Part shown: piece by piece, positions 1-13,800 of the stretch | How the letters are laid out: each line of letters begins with the position of its first letter | Numbering within the stretch: the first letter of the stretch is position 1 | NCBI GenBank assembly: GCA_039621445.1 | Contig: CP154954.1 | Span: 11,650,716 to 11,714,715, forward strand | Reading direction: 5' to 3' | Length of the DNA stretch: 64,000 bases | Origin: Euglena gracilis | Taxonomy: Eukaryota | Notes under the pieces: generated by a model | What the model saw: the letters and a program-made list of their open reading frames with translations, nothing else | Databases searched by the model: none | Told to the model about the DNA's origin: nothing | Program-made: the position numbers and the translations under genes

Positions 1-1181
1 GCGTCTCAGATGGCCTGGCCACAAATTGACTTTGTTTTCACTCTGTCCTGTACTGACACACGTGGTGTAAAAAAAAAGCCTGCTCAAGGTTTCTGGTTGG
101 GGTTTGGGTGTGGCAGGCACGGGGTTAGCGCAAGATTGGTTAAAGATTTTGGCCACTGAACCAAGATTTTGTACCAATTTTTGGCCAAAATAGGGCCCAA
201 TATTGAACAAAATGGATAAGCAAATGGAAGACCATAACACATTCAAACACATCCAAACAAATCCAAACCCTGAACATACTTATTAAAATGGCACAAATCA
301 ATAAAAAATAGATGATATTGAAATGGTCCACAACTCCTTCCTCTTGTCAGAGATTTGATTACTCCACCCAAAAACCACAACAGGAGAATTCGGCTTGATT
401 TCAGTGGGGCTCTGGTGGGAGATGTGCTGCTCATTGTGGGCGTGGGTCCCTGCAGGGCAGGCGCTACACTGCATGGTGAAGGTGTCGGTCTCATGGGCTG
501 GGCCACCAGCATGGCTGATTGGGGGAGCGGATATTTGCCAATTGCTGCCACATCGCTACGGTGGGGACAACCCCACTACCCAAAATATGTCCCATCGTGA
601 TTTGGTCGAATGCAAATGACGACATACACGGACAACGTACATGGATCATGACAACCACAACGAAAAAATATTGTTTTATATATACAAACAGACACACACA
701 CACACACACACACACACCGTCAGACACACACAAGCGCACACACTCTCATGCGTGATGTCACACACACACACACACACACACGCACGCGCGCATGCAACAC
801 CCCACAAACCCACCCATCCACCCACATGCACACACACAAACGCAAACACACCCACGCGCGCGCACACCGACCCACCCATCCACACACATACATACATACA
901 CATACAAACATACCCACGTGTACATAAAAAACACACAAACACACACAGACACAGACACAGACATAGCACATATTCACAACATACACCCACCCACCAAAAT
1001 ATTGCTGAAAGAAACAAAAGTTACCACTGTGCAAAAAGAATCGACTTTTTGACCCAAATGCTCTCGCCAATCTGTTATAATGGTGTATTGGTGAGGAGGG
1101 TGTGGATAGGTGCACGTGAAGGAACACGGGACAAATGTGTTAATGGAATGCACCAGTGACAGGTTGCAGTCCTGAAAGGGC

Positions 1182-1769
1182 TCAGCCCAGCCAAGGCGCC
1201 ACGTAGCCAACTGCCCTGGAAGGCAGGCCTCCCCAGGCAGCTTGGCCAAGCCGGGGTCCAGGCTGGAACGCCACGTTGGCGTTGTCATCAACGCGCCACA
1301 AGGAACAAGCAGAAGTGGGGAATGTCGGCAATGCGGACGTATGAACCCCCTGCATATGTGTGTATGTGTGTGTATATATACACACACATATATATACATA
1401 TATATACATACATACATGTGTGTGTATATTATATATATATATATATATACACGTCAGCCATACTCTAAATGGACTTCCCGGGGGGGTCCATTTAGAGTGT
1501 CCAGGGGGTCAAAATAGTTTATAGTTTTTTTGCGTTAATGATGGAATAGGGTTAGGTGCGCGACTTAGGGTTAGGGTTAGGCCTAACTTATAGACGGGTG
1601 TTAGGTGTACAAGTTAGGCCTAACCCTAAGCCTAAATCGTACATATATACACACACACATATATACACATACATATAATACATGAGATACACATATATAC
1701 ATATAATGTGATATGTATAGAGGTCTATATGTATATATGTAGATATGTATATATGTATGTAGGTATATG

Positions 1770-1801
<32 letters not shown>

Positions 1802-1843
1802 GATATATATATATAGAATATATCTCTATAATATATATATATA

Positions 1844-1899
<56 letters not shown>

Positions 1900-4800
1900 G
1901 ACATACAAACCCCCTGCCCGGTGTCTCCTGATCAGGGCGTTGCTGAAGGAAGGACCCCCCCCTGTGTGCACTGTGAATGTTTTTTTTGTGCCTTTTATTC
2001 CTTCTTCTGGCGTGGCACTGTGTTGCGCCTCCGGCCCTTTTTGTCGGTGTAGGGGCGGCGGCCAGAGCCTGGCAGGACTTACCTTGTTTACGACGCCGGC
2101 CACCAAGCGCCAGCCAGGCACATACTCCACTTTAGTTAGGGGGGGGGTCTCCATGACGACGCACTGGTTGCGTCCACGACCCCAGCAGGTGGACAACTCA
2201 GTGGACGGGCCCACTCAATTGAGAACAAACTCAAGGGTGGGTGCTCCAGGCCATTACCGTGGGCGGCTGGAAATAAATAAAACTCTGCAGGGGAAGGGGG
2301 GTCCAGGGCTGGAAAAAGGCTGCAGGCTGGCTGGACCCCCCAGGGGGAGTCAAAATTTCTTAAGCAACACCCTGCTCCTGACATGGCTGCATGGGAACGT
2401 TTATTTCCCGCCCCCCAGGAGAGGAAGAGAGGGGGGGGTTCCCACCCCCCTGGTCTGAGAAGAATAGCATTGTCCATGGCGGGAATAATGTTGTTAAAAT
2501 CACATCCCAGCCTGTCTGTGGTCTAGGACGAAATCCAGGGTGGACTGCAGTGTAGTGAGCTGTGCATCGGTCGTGTGGTGGGAACCCTTGCAGTCCTCTG
2601 CGGCGGCATATAGTCACTTATGCTTCGTGCTGCTGCGCAACTGCTGCTGTTAGAAAAGATGTGGATACAGCGGGATGTATGCAGATCAGGCTGCTTTTCA
2701 GTGTGTTATGTGTGTGTATGTTTTGGGGTACGCGCCCATAGGAGGCACATACATATGTGTTGAAAAGTGGGAACAACAACGAACACACAACTCAATAAAC
2801 ATCGCTATTGCGGAACATCCTCTCTTACATGCAAGGCACTAATTCCAGAACTTCGAAAACTGTGGCAGAGATGGTTTGATGAGGTCATAATGCACGGATA
2901 TAAGATTTTTCACACTTATCAAATCCAGAGGAGCAGCAAAGGTTAAAATTGAGGATAAGACTCATCAGAAAGAGATTGTTATGCCGGCTTAAACTGCCAT
3001 CATTGAAACGGCTGACAAATGTTGAGTTTGCTATCAGTGTGCTCACCGAAAAGAAGGCAGTGCAGGCAGAGAGTTCCCAGGCAAGCAGCAGGTGGAGGAA
3101 TTGCATAGGCACTGCGTCTGCGTGCAGACATGGCCGCAAAAGATCCGGTCCAGCGTCGGGATCGGGGCCAGGCGGCTGTTAGTGGTCCACAGCGGGCTGG
3201 TTTTTTTTACCAACCCAGGGGGGTCCGGAGTGTCGTGTCCATGAGTGCCTGCCCAGGCAGGTACTACCCCGGGGGGTGGGGGTCGGCACCACAAGGCAAG
3301 GGGCCAAAGGGACGGCCCCGCTTATGATACATTGGAATATCGAATGGCGGGCCGGTCAATACAACGGTTTATCAGAGCTAGATGATGGCACACTGTCATC
3401 ATCACCATTCAGTGACCTTGTTTCATTTTTTTCACAAAATTCAAAAGGAAACCAGAACATGCAAAAAAAGGGGGGAACAAAAAATGGCCCTGGGTTTCAT
3501 CCCAGACTCGCGGTTTCTGTGGTCGGCATTGGAAGAGCTGTGGGGGAAAAAATGTTGCACAGAGGAGTGCCTGCTAGGCACTTTTGGCCAAGTGCCCTAC
3601 CCCCCCCCGGGGGTCGGATTTGGAGTGCCTTGGAATGCCTGCCCAGGCAGGCAGCCCCCTTCCCCCCAGCGTGGGGTCGGAACCCGACTAAAATACAGCC
3701 TGGTCCACAGCCCCTCCCTCAAAGAAGATCAAATGAATAAAACTAGAATAGTTTGACCCACTGCAGTTGTCACCCAGCCTCTTTTCATGAGAACACATGG
3801 GCTGGTCTCTTGCCGTTTTGAGGTAGGGACCCCCCACCCCCCTTCTCCCACACATCCCTGTGCCCCCCCCACCCATATATATATCCACGGGTGAAATCTG
3901 GATTTTTTTTTGGTGGTTCTCTGGACAGTTTGTTTCTTTGGTTTGAATTTTTTTGGTTCTGTGGACGGCCAAAAGGTCGGATACCAGGCAAGGCTTCTTT
4001 GATGCTGTTTTATGAATTTATGGAACATTTTTTTTTGCTTAAAAGCGACAGAAAGCGGGCATCCCCACCCCCAAGGGAGGGTGACTGAGGGACCCATTTT
4101 TGTGGGGTCAATTTTTGGGATTCCAAAAAAAATTTCGGCGCTTTGCACCCAAAAAAAAGGAGGAAACCCCCCGGGGGGGGAAGGGTCAGGCGGACCCACA
4201 CACCCTACCTCTCCCTCGTCCTCCCGGGGGCTGAACACTGTCCTCCCTAGCCATGGTGGCTGAATGCGCCTCAGGGCTTTGGGCTGGCGGCCGCCTGGGC
4301 TGGGCACGCACGCGGGCCTGGACCGCCGGCGGCACCAGAAAGGAGAAGTCCGCCAGCACCATCGCCCCCCGCTGGCAGGGGGTTCGCAGCCCCGGACCAT
4401 GCGCCCCGACCCGCTGCCGCGTCAACTGTCAGTGATGTGCCTTGGTCAGTGTGTTGCGCAGCCCGCCCCCCAGGGCTAAACAGAAAGGTCTGGTGGGGGC
4501 TCGACCCCCGCACCAGGGGTTTTTCTTAAGACCGGGGGGTCCCTCCCAAGACCGGGGGTCCCGGACCCACGCACTTTTCCCCGAAAAATGGTCAAAAATC
4601 GCGAAAACGCTAAAAATAGCACCATTCTCAAAAAATTTCGTCGCCTTTAGCGCCAAAAAGCACTTCCCACCCCCCTCTGGGGGGACCCCCGGGGGGGTCC
4701 CAGACGAAAAAAAACTCCTATCCTTTGCCATGGTGGTGGCATGATAGTGGCATTGAGGGGGGCAGGTATTCTGCAGGCAAGCGGCTCGGACCGCCTGGAC

Positions 4801-7800
4801 CTTCCCAGCCCATCCAAAGGTCGGCCTTCTGCATCTCATTCTGGAACGTGCCACTCAAGATGGCCTCCGCGGCCCGCACGAAAAGCGTGGGCAGGTCCCG
4901 GAAGCTCGACAGGGAAACAAAATCAACTTGATTTCCCCCACACCGACACTGACCTGACACGCCAGACAGACTTAGCCTGCATTGTCTGCCCACCTGGAAA
5001 ACTGCCTGACTTCGGTCGATTTTCTTTCCTATTTTGTACCGGAAAAATCACGCCAAATTTTGTGAGTCCCAGGGAACCACAGAATTGTTCGTGGAAGAAC
5101 TTCATCCTGCTGATAAATTACAGGTTCCCATGAACTTTTTGGCTCAAAAAAATGGTCTCCAGATGAATAGGTTAGGGGGGGTGGGGCATCCTCTCATTCC
5201 ATTCAGGAATGAGAGCGTGCCAGTGCTTCTTTGACTGGCACGCTCAGTACCAGTGAAACTGGCACTGAGTTTGACTGGCCTTTGACACTTGGACAATTTC
5301 ATCCTTACAATTTTCTGGAAACTAAAATATATTTATCTGGAATTGCGGTGGGGGCCCTTTTTGACCCAGCCCGCACCACATAAGTTCAATGCTGCGACTG
5401 GATTCGTTTAAACTGGCGTTCTGGAAATTAAATGGCTTTTCCTGCGTCCCTTGGATGGTCCCTGCCTGCTGTGGGTGGTGCTGCACAGATGTGGCGGTAT
5501 TCCCCACATATACTATACGTTCTTGTGCGCCGGAGGTCCCTCTCGCCAGGTGGAGTTGTGACTGAACGAACTCATCGATCTTCCCGTGAGCTGAAGTTGT
5601 GCAGGCCAGGAAACAAAACCAACTGTGCCGTGGGCAAAAAAACCTTGGCATTCATGTGCCTGACAGCCACTGGCCAACTGAGGGCACCCCAGTACATCTA
5701 TGGGCTATGTAATGAGCACCCTCCCTTTCCGAACCCCTCGTGGAAGCCATCCAAGAGAGGTCCCTCAATGAGAGAGGTCCCCCTACGCTTTCAAGGACTC
5801 ACTGTAGTGAGCCTCAGCTGGTCGCTCCCTGCTGGCGGCCCGCACCAGCAGCCCCATCTGGATATCCAGATCCCCCTCACCATTCACCCTGGCGGTCAGA
5901 ACGGTTCCCCTTCAATCTCCCAAGCTCTCCAACTGCAGAACATGTTCCCAACTCGCTGCTCACTGCGTGGATCACACTGTTATGCAGCCAGATGTCAATC
6001 TGTTTGCGGCAAAAATTTTGTTCTTTGATGAGAACCAAAATGGCTGCTCCGTTCAGGATCTGTGGTGTGGGAGGGGGCGTCTTACTGAATCTCACCTCAC
6101 CAGCATGCATACATTGGGATGCAGCACAGGCTCCCCTCCTTACAGTTAACAATAACAACACACAAAGAGCGTTCCGAAGAGCATTCTTTTTGGGAATCCA
6201 TAAAGGAAGATCGGCTCAAGCATTTTGATGGAAAACGGTAAAAATCTTTGTGTGATTTTTTTGTTTCTTTTTTAAGAACAAAAATGGAACCCATTGGCCT
6301 GGGGCTCAAGGTGGAGAAACACACCACGAGATCGTCCTCACTCATCGGAGGAAATTCTAAGACCTTACACAGCTGCAAAAGGCAGTTGTGCTCGTTGCAT
6401 TTTTTTAGTTTGCGGAGGCACCCTCGTGTGCCTTGTCTGACCACCCGCAGGATATTGTGATTTAAATCAGGAAACATTTCAAAAACAACAATTTAAAAAC
6501 AATGTTATTATCAAAACCAAAAAAGTGCAAATTAGGATTTAGTCTCCATGGCCACCATATGCCATCAGGGAGTATGGGAACAGCACTTCACACAGAAAAA
6601 AACCCACCTTTTTGTTTTTTGTGTCACAATTGACAGCAGTGAACAAACAGGTAGGGGTGGAGGGGCCCCCACCCACCCCCAACAGGATTCGCTCAGCCGT
6701 GCCGGCTCCGCAGCCTGGCCGGGGTGAAGTCGACCACGATGGAGGTGATGCCGGCAAGGCTTCCGCGGTGTGGTCCCCCTTGGACCGCCCACAACAGGGG
6801 GGTGGGCGAGAGGGTGTACCCACCCGAGAGCCTGGCAACCTGGCTTCGGCCGAATTGACAGTGGGGGGGTTCTCCACAAGAGACTAGGCTCACAACAGCA
6901 CAAGCACGGGCCTGTAGGACAACGTCGTGGGGGGGAAGAAGGAATGGGGGGGGGCAAAGCTCTTGGGTGATGCCTAATGTTGGGGGGGGGGGGGCTGAGA
7001 ACAGCCGCGGGACAGCCTTGGGCCACGGTCTCCCCGACCGTCAGGCGGGCGTCGGAAAAGAGGCCGACGGACATCAGGCCGAGCTGGCTGGCCCACTGCG
7101 TCCCCTCGATCCCGACCGACTGCACCCAGACCACGTCCGCCGTGGACCTGACCCGCCCCGGACCGGCACGAGAAGACAAACGTTGGAACCGGAGTCGGAT
7201 TCCGTGCGAGGGGGTGGGAGGGGACTGAATTCCAAACACTTGAAATGGGGGAATTGGGTTGAAATATTCGGGCCAGAAACGTCCGACCGGGGGGGGGGAG
7301 CATGCAACAAAGCCACACAAAGTATTCAAAACTTCAAAAAAATGGAAAAAATTGAAAAAAAATGAAAAAAATGCTTAAAAAATGAAAAAAAAATTGCAAA
7401 AAGATGCAAAAAAACCTGTGGTGCAAGCCAAGCACATTCAGACACTTGGTGTTTTGGTGGTGTTGCCGGGATTTATCAGATTTGTCAGATTTTGAACACA
7501 GGAGGTGGGGGTCCCAGCCACATGATTTTGGAAGAATTTATCTGAAGCAAATGACGACTTTTGGCCACTTTTGCCACTTTTGGCCACTTTGTACACTTTT
7601 AGCCATTTTTTGCCCGTTGTTGTGCTTCTCTGGTCGTTCTCCAGGCCCCTTTTGGTCACGTTTTGACTGTTTTGGCCACTTTTGCGCACTTTTGCCCACG
7701 TTTAGGCTTTTTAGGCAGATTTTAAACAGGCCATTATTACTGAATATTGACCATAATTTCCCATTTCTGCCAACTTTTATCCTTTTTGGCTGCTTTTGGC

Positions 7801-10800
7801 CAGTTTTCCCACGTTCGCCACTTTTGAGCCATTTTGGCCACTTCTGGCCACGTTTTGCTGCTTTTGGGTGCTATTGGACACCTTGGCCCACTTAACGGCC
7901 ACTTTTGTAAATTGCTTGTTGCTTGTCTCTTTCCCCATTATCTACCACCCAGAACCTTGCCCTCCCCCTCTGCCCCCCAAAAAGTAAACAACAGTTGGCA
8001 AAAGTGGCCAACGGCAGTCAAAGGCCAACAGCAAAATCGGCCAAAAAGTCGGTAAAGTGATCAAAAACAGCAAAAAAGTGCTTAAAAGTGGCCAAAAAGG
8101 GGTTACTTCTAACGCATTGCCTTTGTGGACACACAACACTAACGATTTCTTCCAAAATATTTATTCAATGAAAAAAATACTGGTCCCCCAATAGCATAAA
8201 AATTGCCTGTAACATCACAACTGCAGGCGACAACGTGAACACATGAATCTCTGATGCAGAAAGATAAACTTGTGAAGGAGAAAAAGAAACTGGGGGATTT
8301 CTGAAGCTGGAGGGACCCTACCCCCCCCCCTGGGAGGTCCGACTTTTTCCCTGGCAGGTTGCACAAGTGGTTGGTGTGCACAAATGAGCAAACTGACGAA
8401 ACAGTAGGTTTGCACATTTGCACAAACCAACCACTTGAGCAGTCTCACAAACACACCAATTTGCACATATGACGCAAATGGTTATGCAAATGGTTGGTTT
8501 GCGCAAATGTGCACGCCCACCATCAATTTTTCACAAAGTCAAGGTTCAGGACATCGTTTTAGGCTTAGACACATCTCAGACAGCTGCAAAATAATGCTAG
8601 ACATTTTCGGATCAATTTCACATTTACAGTGGTTGCATTATGAGTGCATTCAACTGGGCCAACCCTGTCATTTTGCAAGTTTGCACCAAGCACCTCCAGC
8701 GACTGTCAAATCCTGACACATCCCGACAAATCCCGACAACAATGCAATCTTTTGGGGGGAATAGATTGTGGACAATAGGATGGACGAAGTTGCCCAAAAG
8801 GAATTTCTTGATTGATTGTTGATGACTTTCTGACATTGACAACCTTGGCTTTGACAAGCTTGGCTTTGAAATCACTATTTGGATGGGATTGTGTTAAAGA
8901 AATGGTGCAATCATTTATAACACCAAGGTGTAATAAACTGCTAACTCCCCCCAAAAATAATATCCCCCCTGGGAATATTATTTGGTCGGCCGAAGTCCAC
9001 CCTCAGGGAGTATTGCTTTGGGGGGGGGGGGGTATTATTTGACAGATTTTTCCGTAATTTTTGTGTGTAAAAATTTGACCGCAATATGCCTTGTATCTAT
9101 GTTGAACACCGTCAATCTCATGGTGGGTGGATTTTTCTTTCAAAAAGGTGCAATTTGGTATTCTCATCTCTGTTTTCAATCCGAACATGGCAGAATGCAT
9201 GCAAAATATGCACACAAAAAAAATGGCTCCAGCTCCCCTGCAGCATTATAATCCTTAGGTGCGAGGTATTTTGCAGAATTTAAATAATACTAAAGGACCA
9301 GTCTGCGGGCCCGGATTGGGGCATTGGAAACCGCCTCTGAAAAATCATTTATTGGCTCCTCAACATCGAAAATGAAGAAAAGCAAGTTTCCTGGGCAAGT
9401 GCCTGAAAAAAAAAAAACGGAAAGGCAAATATGTGGGAAAAAAAAACCACAAAAAATGCGACCCTTCACAAAATTCTCATGATGCAAAAAAATTAGATTT
9501 CAAGATTTTTGATTGTTGTATTCACTCCCCTGCACCGACCCCGTTGCATTCTTTGTTTTAAAGGTCTGCCTGGGTTGAAAAAAGGCCCCAGCCTCCATTC
9601 CAATTGGTGCATCAAAAGAATCAGGTTTATTTGATACCTCTTCAAATACCACACCACACCACAATTCTTTTTTGCACGTGAGCTCCCCCTTCGATCTCCT
9701 TTCTGCCAGGGATCAAGAGGTGGAGGAAGAACTGTTTCAATGGCCGTTCCCAATGTTACCGGGGTCGTTGTACTCCCATCCTTGCCCGATGCCCTCAGAA
9801 AGACAAAAAAATTTGAACTCAACTGTGTCAGGGAGGTAGGCGCAGGAGATGTATGACCGTGTGTGACCGAACTGCCAAAATGCACTTGAAAAGCACACAG
9901 CAGCAACTGAGGGCAAAAGCCACCACCTCTGTTGCATCGACTCGGTCAGACCCACTCGCACCCGAGGGCGTACGACTGGTTCACAATCCACACCTCCATG
10001 AGGGGAAAGCGAAGCGCCCCTGTCCCAAAGACATGGATCTCTGCGGCAGGGTTTGTCTCAGGCCCATGCGGGAACGAGCGGGTGCACGAAGGAGTGGCCT
10101 GGAACTGCATGTCCGCAAGCCAGCACGCCAGACACTCGCCAGGAGTGCATTGCGCGCGTGCCTTTTTGTGTGGCAACCATCTTCTGAATGTAGGTGGTGT
10201 CGGCCCCAAAGCATCAGACACCACCCCAGGTTTCATCTCAATTACATAACTTCGTTCCCCCTCTCTACCCTTCACGACCCCAGATCCCACCCACCTAGAG
10301 TCAAGCTTCTCACTCTTTCCTCCCCTTATTTATCCTTGCCACCTCCTCCTCGTGTTTTTTGTTGAGTATCCTAGCCACCCTCCGGGGGGATACTGGCTAG
10401 TCGACCGACTAGTCAATTGACTGGTTGGTGAAGAAGGGGAGGGGTACTGGCCATGGGAGCAACTGGCTAGTCGGTTGACCAGCCACTCCAATGTATCAAA
10501 AGCGGGGTTCACGGGCTGCTGAAATGCGATGTCGCCCCTCGATTGAAAGCTCTTTTCATGTGCGACGGCTTCAGAATTCAGCCACGACGCATAGATCTCT
10601 TATTCCGGAAGCCTGCGATTCCAGAAAATTAAATGGTTGATCCTAATTTTACTCAGAACTGTTACCTGGAAGCTGCAGGTCGGTCGCTCGGACTGAAAAA
10701 CCACGTCAACAAGGTTATCTCAGTGAACCCAAAATTCTCGGAATCCAAAATTTCAGAATCCAAGTGCTGCACCAAGGGCTTTGTTATTTTGGGACCCTGG

Positions 10801-13800
10801 GACGGTTGAGCAACAAAAGGGATTTGCCCCCTTTAACGTATTGGTAACACAAGGGATTTTGTTATTTTGGGGCACTCGCACTTCGGAGACAACGTGGATG
10901 TTTTTGACAAGTTTGGAAGCTATGAGAATGTGTCCTTGAGGCCAAAGCAAGGCAAATGAGTATTGAGGGGGGGGGGCTTAAAAGCTCGTGACCCCCCCCC
11001 CCGTTTGGTACATTGGAGTGGCTAGCCGGTCGACAGACTGGCCAGTTACCCCCACCGACTAGTCGATCGAGCACTCGATGAACTGGTCGACCGACTAGCC
11101 GATCGACTAACCAGTTCCCCTAACTCTAAGTCGTTGAGCCTCTGTTGAGGGCATTGGCTGATACATGCGCAGAACAACAAATGCGATTCTGAAAGAAGGT
11201 GGGGGCCAACATCGTGCGATGGGTAAACTAATCTTTGTTGTGGGGATGTTTGCCAAAGACTTGGAGGAACACAAATATTTCCCGAGGGAAGGTTCAAAAA
11301 AATGCTTTAAACACAAACAGTTTCACAACAGAAAAAAAAATGAAAAAAATTGTAGAAGGCATGATATTTTTCATTAAAAATGTGTTCAAAAGACACCCAT
11401 TTTGGGGGGTTCCAAGGGGGCCGATTATTTGGGATTTTCCCCAAAAACGGAAATTTTTTTGGATGGGGTTTCAACTTTGCTGTTTTTTTTTTTGCTTTTT
11501 TCATTGCAAATTGGCAGGTGTGCATCACTTTGGGCTTTGGGAGGTTATTACTCTGTGTTTTTACTTCGGGGGAGGGGGTTCAGGTCAAATGCCGCGACAA
11601 GCTTGTCTTGTGGTTCGGGACCCACCGCCGGGAGCGACATTTTCATGCGAGGGGCACCCAAAGGGGCCTGATTGGCAGCGCGGGCACCTTGGCAGAAGCC
11701 GGCCAGGTCCAGCGTGGCGGCGGGCAACGGGAGGCACGCTGGTCACAGGTCCCCGCCCCAACGGTGACCGAAGGAACCCTGGACCCGGAAATCCCGGTCC
11801 GAATCCAGCACCGGGGCCCGGATTTCAGAGGAGCAGGGCTGCTCTGGAGACGCTCAGGGGTTTTTTTTAAGTCGGGGGGGGGGGGTCCCTTCCACCCACC
11901 CACCCCTTAGGGCCCCCCCGGGGGTGGGGGGGTCCCAGGGGACCCACAAAAAAATGGCCGAAAAATCGCGAAAAGTGCTAAAAATAGCACTTTCCGAAAA
12001 ATTTCGGCACCTTCGGCGCCGAAAAGCATATCCCATCCCCCGGGAGGGGGGGCTCGGCCAGACCCACCCACCCTCCCCCCCCCCCCAGGAGTCCACGACT
12101 AAAAAAACCCTGGTGGCTGCGGAAAGCTGGCAACGTTGTTCCATACGAGACTGCGCTGCCTCTTGGGCTACACAGGAAGGGGTGGGCAGACCCCCACCCA
12201 CCATAGCATCCGCTCAAAAACCTAAAAATTGGCGCCCCCGGAAATACGGGAAGGCCTGGTGGGTAGGTGGGCGGACCCCCCCCCACCAGGATGGGGTGGG
12301 GGTGGTCGACCCTCCTCGCCCACCAGCCATAGAGTTGCGGGGATTCCCGTACAGCACTGGCCACCTCGCGCAGTTTTTGACATGGGGAGGTGCTTGATGA
12401 AATGCCCCTCCCCCGCCCCAAATTGGGGAAACTGCCGAGAACCTGCCTTCTTGCAGGGGGGGCATTATGCAACTAAGCCTTTCAAATTATGCAAATCAAA
12501 AAAATGCGAAAAAAATTGCAAAAAAAAATTGCAAAAAAATGCAACTTGCATAAAATCCCTCAGAAAAGGCTGGAATATACCAGAGTTTTGCTGCCCAAAA
12601 TCCGTAAACATGTGACAATGCCGGTGTACCTTCAATGATTCACAAAGAAGACCTCCTGGAAGACAACGGCAAGCACTGAAACTTTGAAAACCAAAATGAA
12701 TGGCACCTGCACGTTCAGTCTAAGAAAATCGTCCCTCCAGGTCACCAGTGAACATCAATCGCACAACGTGGAACGCAACTTGGTATCAACACACCCAGCA
12801 AGACTGAACGAATGTGGCGGCACACCCTTCTGCATTCTATAACACAACATGGTGACCAACTACAAAAAATTTCCAGGCGAAATATTTTAAGCAAAAAAAA
12901 ATACAAAAAATGCAAAACACGCAAATTTCGGAAAACCCTGATTATGCAAAAAAAAATGCAAATTATGTAAGTTGCATATCCCCCCCCTCCTTCTTGGGCC
13001 AACAGCAGTTCAGCTGTCACATTGGAAAACTGTTTGAAGACCCGCCTGGCCAGCTAAGCTCGTGTTGTGCGTTGTCGGAGATGACAAAACAAAAAAAACT
13101 CCCGCTGTATGTCGGATGCTGGTTCTCGAACGATGTCCCCAGGGAAACATGAGACTGTGAACGCCACAACCCAATTCCTCAAATTCATTGTGAATTGTAC
13201 AGTGTTTGAAAATTTCGATCAAAAAAGAAGTTGCACAATCTCGATAAAAAAAAGTGAGGTCCGGGAAAAAAAAGCTTTTCTGGCATAAATGTTTCTTGGC
13301 ATCGCTGGAACATCTTAAAAATTCTTGAGATTTTCAAAACGCCTTAAAAACCCGAAAAAAAAAACACCTTAAATAACCTGAAAAATATGAGAATTTTCGC
13401 CTGAACTGCAACAAGAAAGAAGGAAGTGTGCAAAAATACAGCGCTCTCCCCTCCATCAAATTCTTCAAAACATTCTGAAACGGTGCCCCCAAGCAACGTG
13501 TCAATTGATCAAAAATGCATTCAACCAAAATCCCTTTCTTGCACTCTGGTTGGGATGGACCGGTGGACCCAGCGGGACCCACATGTGGACCAATTCCACG
13601 TCTGGAGCATTCCAGTGGCCACCCCCAGGAAAGGTTCCACACCCACTGGGTCCCACCCTGGAGTGGCAACGTCTGGTTTGGGAAATCCAACCAGACGTTA
13701 ATCCAAATCCAACCCCCCCAAATAATACACCCCGGGGTATTATTTGGGGGGGGGGGTATAGCACCCCAAATTTTTCGAAATTTTTCGAAGTCCCATGGGA

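Noticed and set aside
641-2052. His/Thr, Tyr/Ile and Cys/Val repeat ORFs here and at 14.7k, 15.6k, 20.5-22.2k, 26.1k, 35.2k, 48.8k, 58.4k
   Set aside because: Translations of dinucleotide and hexanucleotide microsatellites
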